Of a DNA stretch of 64,000 nt, positions 28,401-44,300 are shown piece by piece. The notes beneath the pieces were generated by a model. The model saw only the letters and a list, made by a program, of their open reading frames with translations, searched no databases and was not told the DNA's origin. Location: NCBI RefSeq assembly GCF_009914755.1, contig NC_060925.1; one strand, written 5' to 3'. The number at the start of each line of letters is the position of its first letter. Position 1 is the first letter of the stretch. The DNA comes from the human T2T-CHM13v2.0 reference genome, Homo sapiens. Both the position numbers and the translations under genes were made by a program.

Positions 28401-31400
28401 TATCGAATGGAATCGAAGAGAATCTTCGAACGGACCCGAATGGAATCATCTAATGGAATGGAATGGAATAATCCATGGACTCAAATGCAATCATCATCGA
28501 ATGGAATCGAATGGAATCATCAAATGGACTCGAATGGAATAATCATTGAACGGAATCGAATGGAATCATCATCGGATGGAAACGAATGGAATCATCATCG
28601 AATGGAAATGAAAGGAGTCATCATCTAATGGAATTGCATGGAATCATCATAAAATGGAATCGAATGGAATCAACATCAAATGGAATCAAATGGAATCATT
28701 GAACGGAATTGAATGGAATCGTCATCGAATGAATTGACTGCAATCATCCAATGGTATCGAATGGAATCATCTTCAAATGGAATGGAATGGAATCATCGCA
28801 TAGAATCGAATGGAATTATCATCGAATGGAATCGAATGGAATCAACATCAAACGGAAAAAAACGGAATTATCGAATGGAATCGAAGAGAATCATCGAATG
28901 GACCCGAATGGAATCATCTAATGGAATGGAATGGAATAATCCATGGACTCGAATGCAATCATCATCGAATGGAATCGAATGGAATCATCGAATGGACTCG
29001 AATGGAATAATCATTGAACGGAATAGAATGGAATCATCATCGGATGGAAATGAATGGAATCATCATCGAATGGAATCGAATAGAATTATAGAATGAAATC
29101 CAGTGTGATCATCATCGAATGGACCCGAATGGAATCATCATCCAACGGAAGCTAATGGAATCAACATCGAATGAATCAAATGGAAACACCATCGAATTGA
29201 AACGAATGGAATTATCATGAAATTGAAATGGATGGACTCATCATCGAATGGATTCGAATGGAATCATCGAATAAAATTGATTGAAATCATCATCGAATGG
29301 AATCGAATGGTATCATTGAATGGAATCGAATGGAATCATCATCAGATGGAAATGAATGGAATCGTCATAGAATGGAATCGAATGGATTCATTGAATGGAA
29401 TCAGATGGAATCATCGTATGGACTGGAATGGAATCATTGAATGGACTCGAAAGGGATCATTATTGAATGGAATTGAATGGAATCATCGAATGGTCTCGAT
29501 TGGAATCATTATCAAATGGAATCGAATGGAATCACCGAATAGAATCGAATGGAACAATCATCGAATGGACTCAAATGGAATTATCCTCCAATGGAATCGA
29601 ATGGAATTATCGAATGCAATCGAATGGAATTATCGAATGCAATCTAATAGAATCATCGAATGGACTCGAATGGAATCATCGAATGGAATGGAATGGAACA
29701 GTCAATGAACTCGAATGGAATCATCATTGAATGGAATCGAATGGAATCATCGAGTGGAATCGAATGGAATTATGATCAAATGGAATCGAATGTAATCATC
29801 ATCAAATGGAATCAAAAATAACCATCATCAATTGGTATTGAATGGAATTGTCATCAAATGGAATTCAAAGGAATCATCATCAAATGGAACCGAATGGAAT
29901 CCTCATTGAATGGAAATGAAAGGGGTCATCATCTAATGGAATCGCATGGAATCATCATCAAATGGAATCGAATGGAATCATCATCAAATGGAATCTAATG
30001 GAATCATTGAAAGAATTGAATGGAATCATCATCGAATGAATTGAATGCAATCATCGAATGGTCTCGAATGGAATCATCTTCTAATGGAAAGGAATGGAAT
30101 CATCGCATAGAATCGAATGGAATTATCATCGAATGGAATCGAATGGTATCAACACCAAACGGAAAAAAACGGAATTATCGAATGGAATCGAAGAGAATCT
30201 TCGAACGGACCCGAATGGAATCATCTAATGGAATGGAATGGAATAATCCATGGACTCGAATGCAATCATCATCGAATGGAATCGAATGGAATCATCGAAT
30301 GGACTCGAATGGAATAATCATTGAACGGAATCGAATGGAATCATCATCGGACGGAAACGAATGGAATCATCGAATGGGAATGAAAGGAGTCATCATCTAA
30401 TGGAATTGCATGGAATCATCATAAAATGGAATCGAATGGAATCAACATCAAATGGAATCAAATGGAATCATTGAACGGAATTGAATGGAATCGTCATCGA
30501 ATGAATTGAATGCAATCATCGAATGGTCTCAAATGGAATCATCTTCAAATGGAATGGAATGGAATCATCGCATAGAATCGAATGGAATTATCATCGAATG
30601 TAATCGAATGGAATCAACACCAAACGGAAAAAAACGGATTTATCGAATGGAATCGAAGAGAATCATCGAATGGACCCGAATGGAATCATCTAATGGAATG
30701 GAATGGAATAATCCATGGACTCGAATGCAATCATCATCGAATGGAATCGAATGGAATCATCGAATGGACTCGAATGGAATAATCATTGAACGGAATCGAA
30801 TGGAATCATCATCGGATGGAAATGAATGGAATCATCATCGAATGGAATCGAATAGAATTATGGAATGAAATCCAGTGTGATCATCATCGAATGGACCCGA
30901 ATGGAATCATCATCCAACGGAAGCTAATGGAATCAACATCGAATGAATCAAATGGAAACACCATCGAATTGAAACGAATGGAATTACCATGAAATTGAAA
31001 TGGATGGACTCATCATCAAATGGATTTGAGTGGAATCATCGAATAAAATTGATTGAAATCATCATCGAATGGAATCGAATGGTATCATTGAATGGAATCG
31101 AATGCAATCATCATCAGATGGAAATGAAAGGAATCGTCATAGAATGGAATCGAATGGATTCATTGAATGGAATCAGATGGAATCATTGAATGGACTGGAA
31201 TGGAATCATTGAATGGACTCGAAAGGGATCATTATTGAATGGAATTGAATGGAATCATCGAATGGTCTCGATTGGAATCATTATCAAATGGAATCGAATG
31301 GAATCACCGAATAGAATCGAATGGAACAATCATCGAATGGACTCAAATGGAATTATCCTCAAATGGAATTGAATGGAATTATCGAATGCAATCGAATGGA

Positions 31401-31792
31401 ATTATCGAATGTAATCGAATAGAATCATCGAATGGACTCGAATGGAATCATCGAATGGAATGGAATGGAACAGTCAATGAACTCGAATGGAATCATCATT
31501 GAATGGAATCGAATGGAATCATCGAGTGGAATCGAATGTAATCATCATCAAATGGAATCAAAAATAACCATCATCAAATGGAATCAAAAATAACCATCAT
31601 CAATTGGTATTGAATGGAATTCTCATCAAATGGAATTCAAAGGAATCATCATCAAATGGAACCGAATGGAATCCTCATTGAATGGAAATGAAAGGGGTCA
31701 TCATCTAATGGAATCGCATGGAATCATCATCAAATGGAATCGAATGGAATCATCATCAAATGGAATCTAATGGAATCATTGAACAGAATTGA

Positions 31793-34700
31793 ATGGAATC
31801 GTCATCGAATGAATTGAATGCAATCATCGAATGGTCTCGAATGGAATCATCTTCTAATGGAAAGGAATGGAATCATCGCATAGAATCGAATGGAATTATC
31901 ATCGAATGGATTCGAATGGTATCAACACCAAACGGAAAAAAACGGAATTATCGAATGGAATCGAAGAGAATCTTCGAACGGACCCGAATGGAATCATCTA
32001 ATGGAATGAAATGGAATAATCCATGGACTCGAATGCAATCATCATCGAATGGAATCGAATGGAATCATCGAATGGACTCGAATGGAATAATCATTGAACG
32101 GAATCGAATGGAATCATCATCGGATGGAAACGAATGGAATCATCATCGAATGGAAATGAAAGGAGTCATCATCTAATGGAATTGCATGGAATCATCATCA
32201 AATGGAATCGAATGGAATCAACATCAAATGGAATCAAATGGAATCATTGAACGGAATTGAATGGAATCGTCATCGAATGAATTGAACGCAATCATCGAAT
32301 GGTCTCGAATGCAATCATCTTCAAATGGAATGGAATGGAATCATCGCATAGAATCGAATGGAATTATCATCGAATGGAATCGAATGGTATCAACATCAAA
32401 CGGAAAAAAACGGAATTATCGAATGGAATCGAAGAGAATCCTCGAACGGACCCGAATGGAGTCATCTAATGGAATGGAATGGAATAATCCACGGACTCGA
32501 ATGCTATCATCATCGAATGGAATCGAATGGAATCATCGAATGGACTCGAATGGAATAATCATTGAACAGAATCGAATGGAATCATCATCGGATGGAAACG
32601 AATGGAATCATCATCGAATGGAAATGAAAGGAGTCATCATCTAATGGAATTGCATGGAATCATCATAAAATGGAATCGAATGGAATCAACATCAAACGGA
32701 AAAAAACGGAATTATCGAATGGAATCGAATAGAATCATCGAATGGACCCGAATCGAATCATCTAATGGAATGGAATGGAATGGAATAATCCGTGGACTCG
32801 AATGCAATCATCATCGAATGTAATCGAATGGAATCATCCAATGGACTCGAATGGAATAATCATTGAACGGAATCGAATGGAATCATCATCGGATGGAAAT
32901 GAATGGAATCATCATCGAATGGAATCGAATAGAATTATGGAATGAAATCCAGTGTGATCATCATCGAATGGACCCGAATGGAATCATCATCCAACGGATG
33001 CTAATGGAATCAACATCGAATGAATCAAATGGAAACACCATCGAATTGAAACGAATGGAATTACCATGAAATTGAAATGGTTGGACTCATCATCGAATGG
33101 ATTCGAATGGAATCATCGAATAAAATTGATTGAAATCATCATCGAATGGAATCGAATGGTATCATTGAATGGAATCGAATGCAATCATCATCAGATAGAA
33201 ATGAATGGAATCGTCATAGAATGGAATCGAATGGATTCATTGAATGGAATCAGATGGAATCATCGAATGGACTGGAATGGAATTATTGAATGGACACGAA
33301 ACAGATCATGATTGAATGGAATTGAATGGAATCATCGAATGGTCTCGATTGGAATCATTATCAAATGGAATCGAATGGAATCACCGAATAGAATCGAATG
33401 GAACAATCATCGAATGGACTCAAATGGAATTATCCTCAAATGGAATGGAATGGAATTATCGAATGCAATCGAATGGAATTATCGAATGCAATCGAATAGA
33501 ATCATTGAATGGACTCGAATGGAATAATCATTGAACGGAATCGAATGGAATCATCATCGGATGGAAACGAATGGAATCATCATCGAATGGAAATGAAAGG
33601 AGACATCATCTAATGGAATTGCATGGAATCATCATAAAATGGAATCGAATGGAATCAACATCAAATGGAATCAAATGGAATCATTGAACGGAATTGAATG
33701 GAATCGTCATCGAATGAATTGAATGCAATCATCGAATGGTCTCGAATGGAATCATCTTCAAATGGAATGGAATGGAATCATCGCATAGAATCGAATGGAA
33801 TTATCATCGAATGGCATCGAATCGAATCAACATCAAACGGAAAAAAACGGAATTATCGAATGGAATCGAAGAGAATCATCGAATGGACCCGAATGGAATC
33901 ATCTAATGGAATGGAATGGAATAATCCATGGACTCGAATGCAATCATCATCGAATGGAATCGAATGGAATCATCGAATTTACCCGAATGGAATAATCATT
34001 GAATGGAATCGAATGGAATCAACATCAAATGGAATCAAATGGAATCATTGAACGGAATTGAATGGAATCGTCATCGAATGAATTGAATGCAATCATCGAA
34101 TGGTCTCGAATGGAATCATCTTCAAATGGAATGGAATGGAATCATCGCATAGAATCGAATGGAATTATCATCGAATGGCATCGAATCGAATCAACATCAA
34201 ACGGAAAAAAACGGAATTATCGAATGGAATCGAAGAGAATCATCGAATGGACCCGAATGGAATCATCTAATGGAATGGAATGGAATAATCCATGGACTCG
34301 AATGCAATCATCATCGAATGGAATCGAATGGAATCATCCAATGGACTCGAATGGAATAATCATTGAACGGAATCGAATGGAATCATCATCGGATGGAAAT
34401 GAATGGAATCATCATCGAATGGAATCAAATAGAATTATGGAATGAAATCCAGTGTGATCATCATCGAATGGACCCGAATGGAATCATCATCCAATGGAAG
34501 CTAATGGAATCAACATCGAATGAATCAAATGGAAACACCATCGAATTGAAACGAATGGAATTACCATGAAATTGAAATGGATGGACTCATCATCGAATGG
34601 ATTCGAATGGAATCATCGAATAAAATTGATTGAAATCATCATCGAATGGAATCGAATGGTATCATTGAATGGAATCGAATGGAATCATCATCAGATGGAA

Positions 34701-35369
34701 ATGAATGGAATCGTCATAGAATGGAATCGAATGGATTCATTGAATGGAATCAGATGGAATCATCGAATGGACTGGAATGGAATCATTGAATGGACTCGAA
34801 AGGGATCATGATTGAATGGAATTGAATGGAATCATCGAATGGTCTCGATTGGAATCATTATCAAATGGAATCGAATGGAATCACCGAATAGAATCGAATG
34901 GAACAATCATCGAATGGACTCAAAAGGAATTATCCTCAAATGTAATCGAATGGAATTATCGAATGCAATCGAATGGAATTATCGAATGCAATCGAATAGA
35001 ATCATCGAATGGACTCGAATGGAATCATCGAATGGAATGGAATGGAACAGTCAATGAACTCGAATGGAATCATCATTGAATGGAATCGAATGGAATCATC
35101 GAGTGGAATCGAATGGAATTATGATCAAATGGAATCGAATGTAATCATCATCAAATGGAATCAAAAATAACCATCATCAATTGGTATTGAATGGAATTGT
35201 CATCAAATGGAATTCAAAGGAATCATCATCAAATGGAACCGAATGGAATCCTCATTGAATGGAAATGAAAGGGGTCATCATCTAATGGAATCGCATGGAA
35301 TCATCATCAAATGGAATCGAATGGAATCATCATCAAATGGAATCTAATGGAATCATTGAACAGAATTGA
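31793..35369 (+). repeat. Rearranged 3577-bp module, copy 1
   Basis: Sub-repeat starts at 31793, 32261, 33698 and 34062, an internally deleted copy near 32690, and no AAAAATAACC/EcoRI segment between about 31640 and 35160. Confidence 0.88.
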
Positions 35370-38300
35370 ATGGAATCGTCATCGAATGAATTGAATGCAA
35401 TCATCGAATGGTCTCGAATGGAATCATCTTCTAATGGAAAGGAATGGAATCATCGCATAGAATCGAATGGAATTATCATCGAATGGAATCGAATGGTATC
35501 AACACCAAACGGAAAAAAACGGAATTATCGAATGGAATCGAAGAGAATCTTCGAACGGACCCGAATGGAATCATCTAATGGAATGGAATGGAATAATCCA
35601 TGGACTCGAATGCAATCATCATCGAATGGAATCAAATGGAATCATCGAATCGACTCGAATGGAATAATCATTGAACGGAATCGAATGGAATCATCATCGG
35701 ATGGAAACGAATGGAATCATCATCGAATGGCAATGAAAGGAGTCATCATCTAAGGGAATTGCATGGAATCATCATAAAATGGAATCGAATGGAATCAACA
35801 TCAAATGGAATCAAATGGAATCATTGAACGGAATTGAATGGAATCGTCATCGAATGAATTGACTGCAATCATCGAATGGTCTCGAATGGAATCATCTTCA
35901 AATGGAATGGAATGGAATCATCGCATAGAATCGAATGGAATTATCATCGAATGGAATCGAATGGAATCAACATCAAACGGAAAAAAACGGAATTATCGAA
36001 TGGAATCGAAGAGAATCATCGAATGGACCCGAATGGAATCATCTAATGGAATGGAATGGAATAATCCATGTACTCTAATGCAACATCATCGAATGGAATC
36101 GAATGGAATCATCGAATGGACTCGAATGGAATAATCATTGAACGGAATCGAATGGAATCATCATCGGATGGAAATGAATGGAATCATCATCGAATGGAAT
36201 CGAATAGAATTATGGAATGAAATCCAGTGTGATCATCATCGAATGGACCCGAATGGAATCATCATCCAACGGAAGCTAATGGAATCAACATCGAATGAAT
36301 CGAATGGAAACACCATCGAATTGAAACGAATGGAATTATCATGAAATTGAAATGGATGGACTCATCATCGAATGGATTCGAATGGAATCATCGAATAAAA
36401 TTGATTGAAATCATCATCGAATGGAATCGAATGGTATCATTGAATGGAATCGAATGGAATCATCATCAGATGGAAATGAATGGAATCGTCATAGAATGGA
36501 ATCGAATGGATTCATTGAATGGAATCAGATGGAATCATCGAATGGACTGGAATGGAATCATTGAATGGACTCGAAAGGGATCATTATTGAATGGAATTGA
36601 ATGGAATCATCGAATGGTCTCGATTGGAATCATTATCAAATGGAATCGAATGGAATCACCGAATAGAATCGAATGGAACAATCATCGAATGGACTCAAAT
36701 GGAATTATCCTCCAATGGAATCGAATGGAATTATCGAATGCTATCGAATGGAATTATCGAATGCAATCGAATAGAATCATCGAATGGACTCGAATGGAAT
36801 CATCGAATGGAATGGAATGGAACAGTCAATGAACTCGAATGGAATCATCATTGAATGGAATCGAATGGAATCATCGAGTGGAATCGAATGGAATTATGAT
36901 CAAATGGAATCGAATGTAATCATCATCAAATGGAATCAAAAATAACCATCATCAATTGGTATTGAATGGAATTGTCATCAAATGGAATTCAAAGGAATCA
37001 TCATCAAATGGAACCGAATGGAATCCTCATTGAATGGAAATGAAAGGGGTCATCATCTAATGGAATCGCATGGAATCATCATCAAATGGAATCGAATGGA
37101 ATCATCATCAAATGGAATCTAATGGAATCATTGAACAGAATTGAATGGAATCGTCATCGAATGAATTGAATGCAATCATCGAATGGTCTCGAATGGAATC
37201 ATCTTCTAATGGAAAGGAATGGAATCATCGCATAGAATCGAATGGAATTATCATCGAATGGAATCGAATGGTATCAACACCAAACGGAAAAAAACGGAAT
37301 TATCGAATGGAATCGAAGAGAATCATCGAACGGACCCGAATGGAATCATCTAATGGAATGGAATGGAATAATCCATGGACTCGAATGCAATCATCATCGA
37401 ATGGAATCGAATGGAATCATCGAATGGACTCGAATGGAATAATCATTGAACGGAATCGAATGGAATCATCATCGGATGGAAACGAATGGAATCATCATCG
37501 AATGGAAATGAAAGGAGTCATCATCTAATGGAATTGCATGGAATCATCATAAAATGGAATCGAATGGAATCAACATCAAATGGAATCAAATGGAATCATT
37601 GAACGGAATTGAATGGAATCGTCATCGAATGAATTGACTGCAATCATCGAATGGTCTCGAATGGAATCATCTTCAAATGGAATGGAATGGAATCATCGCA
37701 TAGAATCGAATGGAATTATCATCGAATGGAATCGAATGGAATCAACATCAAACGGAAAAAAACAGAATTATCGTATGGAATCGAAGAGAATCATCGAATG
37801 GACCCGAATGGAACCATCTAATGGAATGGAATGGAATAATCCATGGACTCGAATGCAATCATCATCGAATGGAATCGAATGGAATCATCGAATGGACTCG
37901 AATGGAATAATCATTGAACGGAATCGAATGGAATCATCATCGGATGGAAATGAATGGAATCATCATCGAATGGAATCGAATAGAATTATGGAATGAAATC
38001 CAGTGTGATCATCATCGAATGGACCCGAATGGAATCATCATCCAACGGAAGCTAATGGAATCAACATCGAATGAATCGAATGGAAACACCATCGAATTGA
38101 AACGAATGGAATTATCATGAAATTGAAATGGATGGACTCATCATCGAATGGATTCGAATGGAATCATGGAATAAAAGTGATTGAAATCATCATCGAATGG
38201 AATCGAATGGTATCATTGAATGGAATCGAATGGAATCATCATCAGATGGAAATGAATGGAATCGTCATAGAATGGAATCGAATGGATTCATTGAATGGAA

Positions 38301-41300
38301 TCAGATGGAATCATCGAATGGACTGGAATGGAATCATTGAATGGACTCGAAAGGGATCATTATTGAATGGAATTGAATGGAATCATCGAATGGTCTCGAT
38401 TGGAATCATTATCAAATGGAATCGAATGGAATCACCGAACAGAATCGAATGGAACAATCATCGAATGGACTCAAATGGAATTATCCTCAAATGGAATCGA
38501 ATGGAATTATCGAATGCAATCGAATGGAATTATCGAATGCAATCGAATAGAATGATCGAATGGACTCGAATGGAATCATCGAATGGAATGGAATGGAACA
38601 GTCAATGAACTCGAATGGAATCATCATTGAATGGAATCGAATGGAATCATCGAGTGGAATCGAATGGAATTATGATCAAATGGAATCGAATGTAATCCTC
38701 ATCAAATGGAATCAAAAATAACCATCATCAATTGGTATTGAATGGAATTGTCATCAAATGGAATTCAAAGGAATCATCATCAAATGGAACCGAATGGAAT
38801 CCTCATTGAATGGAAATGAAAGGGGTCATCATCTAATGGAATCGCATGGAATCATCATCAAATGGAATCGAATGGAATCATCATCAAATGGAATCTAATG
38901 GAATCATTGAACAGAATTGAATGGAATCGTCATCGAATGAATTGAATGCAATCATCGAATGGTCTCGAATGGAATCATCTTCTAATGGAAAGGAATGGAA
39001 TCATCGCATAGAATCGAATGGAATTATCATCGAATGGAATCGAATGGTATCAACACCAAACGGAAAAAAACGGAATTATCGAATGGAATCGAAGAGAATC
39101 TTCGAACGGACCCGAATGGAATCATCTAATGGAATGGAATGGAATAATCCATGGACTCGAATGCAATCATCATCGAATGGAATCGAATGGAATCATCGAA
39201 TGGACTCGAATGGAATAATCATTGAACGGAATCGAATGGAATCATCATCGGATGGAAACGAATGGAATCATCATCGAACGGAAATGAAAGGAGTCATCAT
39301 CTAATGGAATTGCATGGAATCATCATAAAATGGAATCGAATGGAATCAACATCAAATGGAATCAAATGGAATCATTGAACGGAATTGAATGGAATCGTCT
39401 TTGAATGAATTGACTGCAATCATCGAATGGTCTCGAATGGAATCATCTTCAAATGGAATGGAATGGAATCATCGCATAGAATCGAATGGAATTATCATCG
39501 AATGGAATCGAATGGAATCAACATCAAACGGAAAAAAACGGAATTATCGAATGGAATCGAAGAGAATCATCGAATGGACCCGAATGGAATCATCTAATGG
39601 AATGGAATGGAATAATCCATGCACTCGAATGCAATCATCATCGAATGGAATCGAATGGAATCATCGAATGGACTCGAATGGAATAATCATTGAACGGAAT
39701 CGAATGGAATCATCATCGGATGGAAATGAATGGAATCATCATGGAATGGAATCGAATAGAATTATGGAATGAAATCCAGTGTGATCATCATCGAATGGAC
39801 CCGAATGGAATCATCATCCAACGGAAGCTAATGGAATCAACATCGAATGAATCGAATGGAAACACCATCGAATTGAAACGAATGGAATTATCATGAAATT
39901 GAAATGGATGGACTCATCATCGAATGGATTCGAATGGAATCATCGAATAAAATTGATTGAAATCATCATCCAATGGAATCGAATGGTATCATTGAATGGA
40001 ATCGAATGGAATCATCATCAGATGGAAATGAATGGAATCGTCATAGAATGGAATCGAATGGATTCATTGAATGGAATCAGATGGAATCATCGAATGGACT
40101 GGAATGGAATCATTGAATGGACTCGAAAGGGATCATGATTGAATGGAATTGAATGGAATCATCGAATGGTCTCGATTGGAATCATTATCAAATGGAATCG
40201 AATGGAATCACCGAATAGAATCGAATGGAACAATCATCGAATGGACTCAAATGGAATTATCCTCCAATGGAATCGAATGGAATTATCGAATGCAATCGAA
40301 TGGAATTATCGAATGCAATCGAATAGAATCATCGAATGGACTCGAATGGAATCATCGAATGGAATGGAATGGAACAGTCAATGAACTCGAATGGAATCAT
40401 CATTGAATGGAATCGAATGGAATCATCGAGTGGAATCGAATGGAATTATGATCAAATGGAATCGAATGTTATCATCATCAAATGGAATCAAAAATAACCA
40501 TCATCAATTGGTATTGAATGGAATTGTCATCAAATGGAATTCAAAGGAATCATCATCAAATGGAACCGAATGGAATCCTCATTGAATGGAAATGAAAGGG
40601 GTCATCATCTAATGGAATCGCATGGAATCATCATCAAATGGAATCGAATGGAATCATCATCAAATGGAATCTAATGGAATCATTGAACAGAATTGAATGG
40701 AATCGTCATCGAATGAATTGAATGCAATCATCGAATGGTCTCGAATGGAATCATCTTCTAATGGAAAGGAATGGAATCATCGCATAGAATCGAATGGAAT
40801 TATCATCGAATGGAATCGAATGGTATCAACACCAAACGGAAAAAAACGGAATTATCGAATGGAATCGAAGAGAATCTTCGAACGGACCCGAATGGAATCA
40901 TCTAATGGAATGGAATGGAATAATCCATGAACTTCGAATGCAATCATCATCGAATGGAATCGAATGGAATCATCGAATGGACTCGAATGGAATAATCATT
41001 GAACGGAATCGAATGGAATCATCATCGGATGGAAACGAATGGAATCATCATCGAATGGAAATGAAAAGAGTCATCATCTAATGGAATTGCATGGAATCAT
41101 CATAAAATGGAATCGAATGGAATCAACATCAAATGGAATCAAATGGAATCATTGAACGGAATTGAATGGAATCGTCATCGAACGAATTGACTGCAATCAT
41201 CCAATGGTCTCGAATGGAATCATCTTCAAATGGAATGGAATGGAATCATCGCATAGAATCGAATGGAATTATCATCGAATGGAATCGAATGGAATCAACA

Positions 41301-44300
41301 TCAAACGGAAAAAAACGGAATTATCGAATGGAATCGAAGAGAATCATCGAATGGACCCGAATGGAATCATCTAATGGAATGGAATGGAATAATCCATGGA
41401 CTCGAATGCAATCATCATCGAATGGAATCGAATGGAATCATCGAATGGACTCGAATGGAATCATCATTGAACGGAATAGAATGGAATCATCATCGGATGG
41501 AAATGAATGGAATCATCATCGAATGGAATCGAATAGAATTATGGAATGAAATCCAGTGTGATCATCATCGAATGGACCCGAATGGAATCATCATCCAACG
41601 GAAGCTAATGGAATCAACATCGAATGAATCGAATGGAAACACCATCGAATTGAAACGAATGGAATTATCATGAAATTGAAATGGATGGACTCATCATCGA
41701 ATGGATTCGAATGGAATCATGGAATAAAATTGATTGAAATCATCATCCAATGGAATCGAATGGTATCATTGAATGGAATCGAATGGAATCATCATCAGAT
41801 GGAAATGAATGGAATCGTCATACAATGGAATCGAATGGATTCATTGAATGGAATCAGATGGAATCATCGAATGGACTGGAATGGAATCATTGAATGGACT
41901 CAAAAGGGATCATGATTGAATGGAATTGAATGGAATCATCGAATGGTCTCGATTGGAATCATTATCAAATGGAATCGAATGGAATCACCGAATAGAATCG
42001 AATGGAACAATCATCGAATGGACTCAAATGGAATTATCCTCAAATGGAATCGAATGGAATTATCGAATGCAATCGAATGGAATTATCGAATGCAATCGAA
42101 TAGAATGATCGAATGGACTCGAATGGAATCATCGAATGGAATGGAATGGAACAGTCAATGAACTCGAATGGAATCATCATTGAATGGAATCGAATGGAAT
42201 CATCGAGTGGAATCGAATGGAATTATGATCAAATGGAATCGAATGTAATCCTCATCAAATGGAATCAAAAATAACCATCATCAATTGGTATTGAATGGAA
42301 TTGTCATCAAATGGAATTCAAAGGAATCATCATCAAATGGAACCGAATGGAATCCTCATTGAATGGAAATGAAAGGGGTCATCATCTAATGGAATCGCAT
42401 GGAATCATCATCAAATGGAATCGAATGGAATCATCATCAAATGGAATCTAATGGAATCATTGAACAGAATTGAATGGAATCGTCATCGAATGAATTGAAT
42501 GCAATCATCGAATGGTCACGAATGGAATCATCTTCTAATGGAAAGGAATGGAATCATCGCATAGAATCGAATGGAATTATCATCGAATGGAATCGAATGG
42601 TATCAACACCAAACGGAAAAAAACGGAATTATCGAATGGAATCGAAGAGAATCTTCGAACGGACCCGAATGGAATCATCTAATGGAATGGAATGGAATAA
42701 TCCATGGACTCGAATGCAATCATCATCGAATGGAATCGAATGGAATCATCGAATGGACTCGAATGGAATAATCATTGAACGGAATCGAATGGAATCATCA
42801 TCGGATGGAAACGAATGGAATCATCATCGAATGGAAATGAAAGGAGTCATCATCTAATGGAATTGCATGGAATCATCATAAAATGGAATCGAATGGAATC
42901 AACATCAAATGGAATCAAATGGAATCATTGAACGGAATTGAATGGAATCGTCATCGAATGAATTGACTGCAATCATCCAATGGTCTCGAATGGAATCATC
43001 TTCAAATGGAATGGAATGGAATCATCGCATAGAATCGAATGGAATTATCATCGAATGGAATCGAATGGAATCAACATCAAACGGAAAAAAACGGAATTAT
43101 CGAATGGAATCGAAGAGAATCATCGAATGGACCCGAATGGAATCATCTAATGGAATGGAATGGAATAATCCATGGACTCGAATGCAATCATCATCGAATG
43201 GAATCGAATGGAATCATCGAATGGACTCGAATGGAATAATCATTGAACGGAATCGAATGGAATCATCATCGGATGGAAATGAATGGAATCATCATCGAAT
43301 GGAATCGAATAGAATTATGGAATGAAATCCAGTGTGATCATCATCGAATGGACCCGAATGGAATCATCATCCAACGGAAGCTAATGGAATCAACATCGAA
43401 TGAATCGAATGGAAACACCATCGAATTGAAACGAATGGAATTATCATGAAATTGAAATGGATGGACTCATCATCGAATGGATTCGAATGGAATCATGGAA
43501 TAAAATTGATTGAAATCATCATCCAATGGAATCGAATGGTATCATTGAATGGAATCGAATGGAATCATCATCAGATGGAAATGAATGGAATCGTCATAGA
43601 ATGGAATCGAATGGATTCATTGAATGGAATCAGATGGAATCATCGAATGGACTGGAATGGAATCATTGAATGGACTCGAAAGGGATCATTATTGAATGGA
43701 ATTGAATGGAATCATCGAATGGTCTCGATTGGAATCATTATCAAATGGAATCGAATGGAATCACCGAATAGAATCGAATGGAACAATCATCGAATGGACT
43801 CAAATGGAATTATCCTCAAATGGAATGGAATGGAATTATCGAATGCAATCGAATGGAATTATCGAATGCAATCGAATAGAATGATCGAATGGACTCGAAT
43901 GGAATCATCGAATGGAATGGAATGGAACAGTCAATGAACTCGAATGGAATCATCATTGAATGGAATCGAATGGAATCATCGAGTGGAATCGAATGGAATT
44001 ATGATCAAATGGAATCGAATGTAATCATCATCAAATGGAATCAAAAATAACCATCATCAATTGGTATTGAATGGAATTGTCATCAAATGGAATTCAAAGG
44101 AATCATCATCAAATGGAACCGAATGGAATCCTCATTGAATGGAAATGAAAGGGGTCATCATCTAATGGAATCGCATGGAATCATCATCAAATGGAATCGA
44201 ATGGAATCATCATCAAATGGAATCTAATGGAATCATTGAACAGAATTGAATGGAATCGTCATCGAATGAATTGAATGCAATCATCGAATGGTCTCGAATG

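Noticed and set aside
29217-29708. Longer 163-aa ORFs (also 36341, 38117, 43446)
   Set aside because: They arise from a single TGA-to-TTA change (GGATCATGATTG to GGATCATTATTG) fusing two repeat ORFs; no sign of coding selection.
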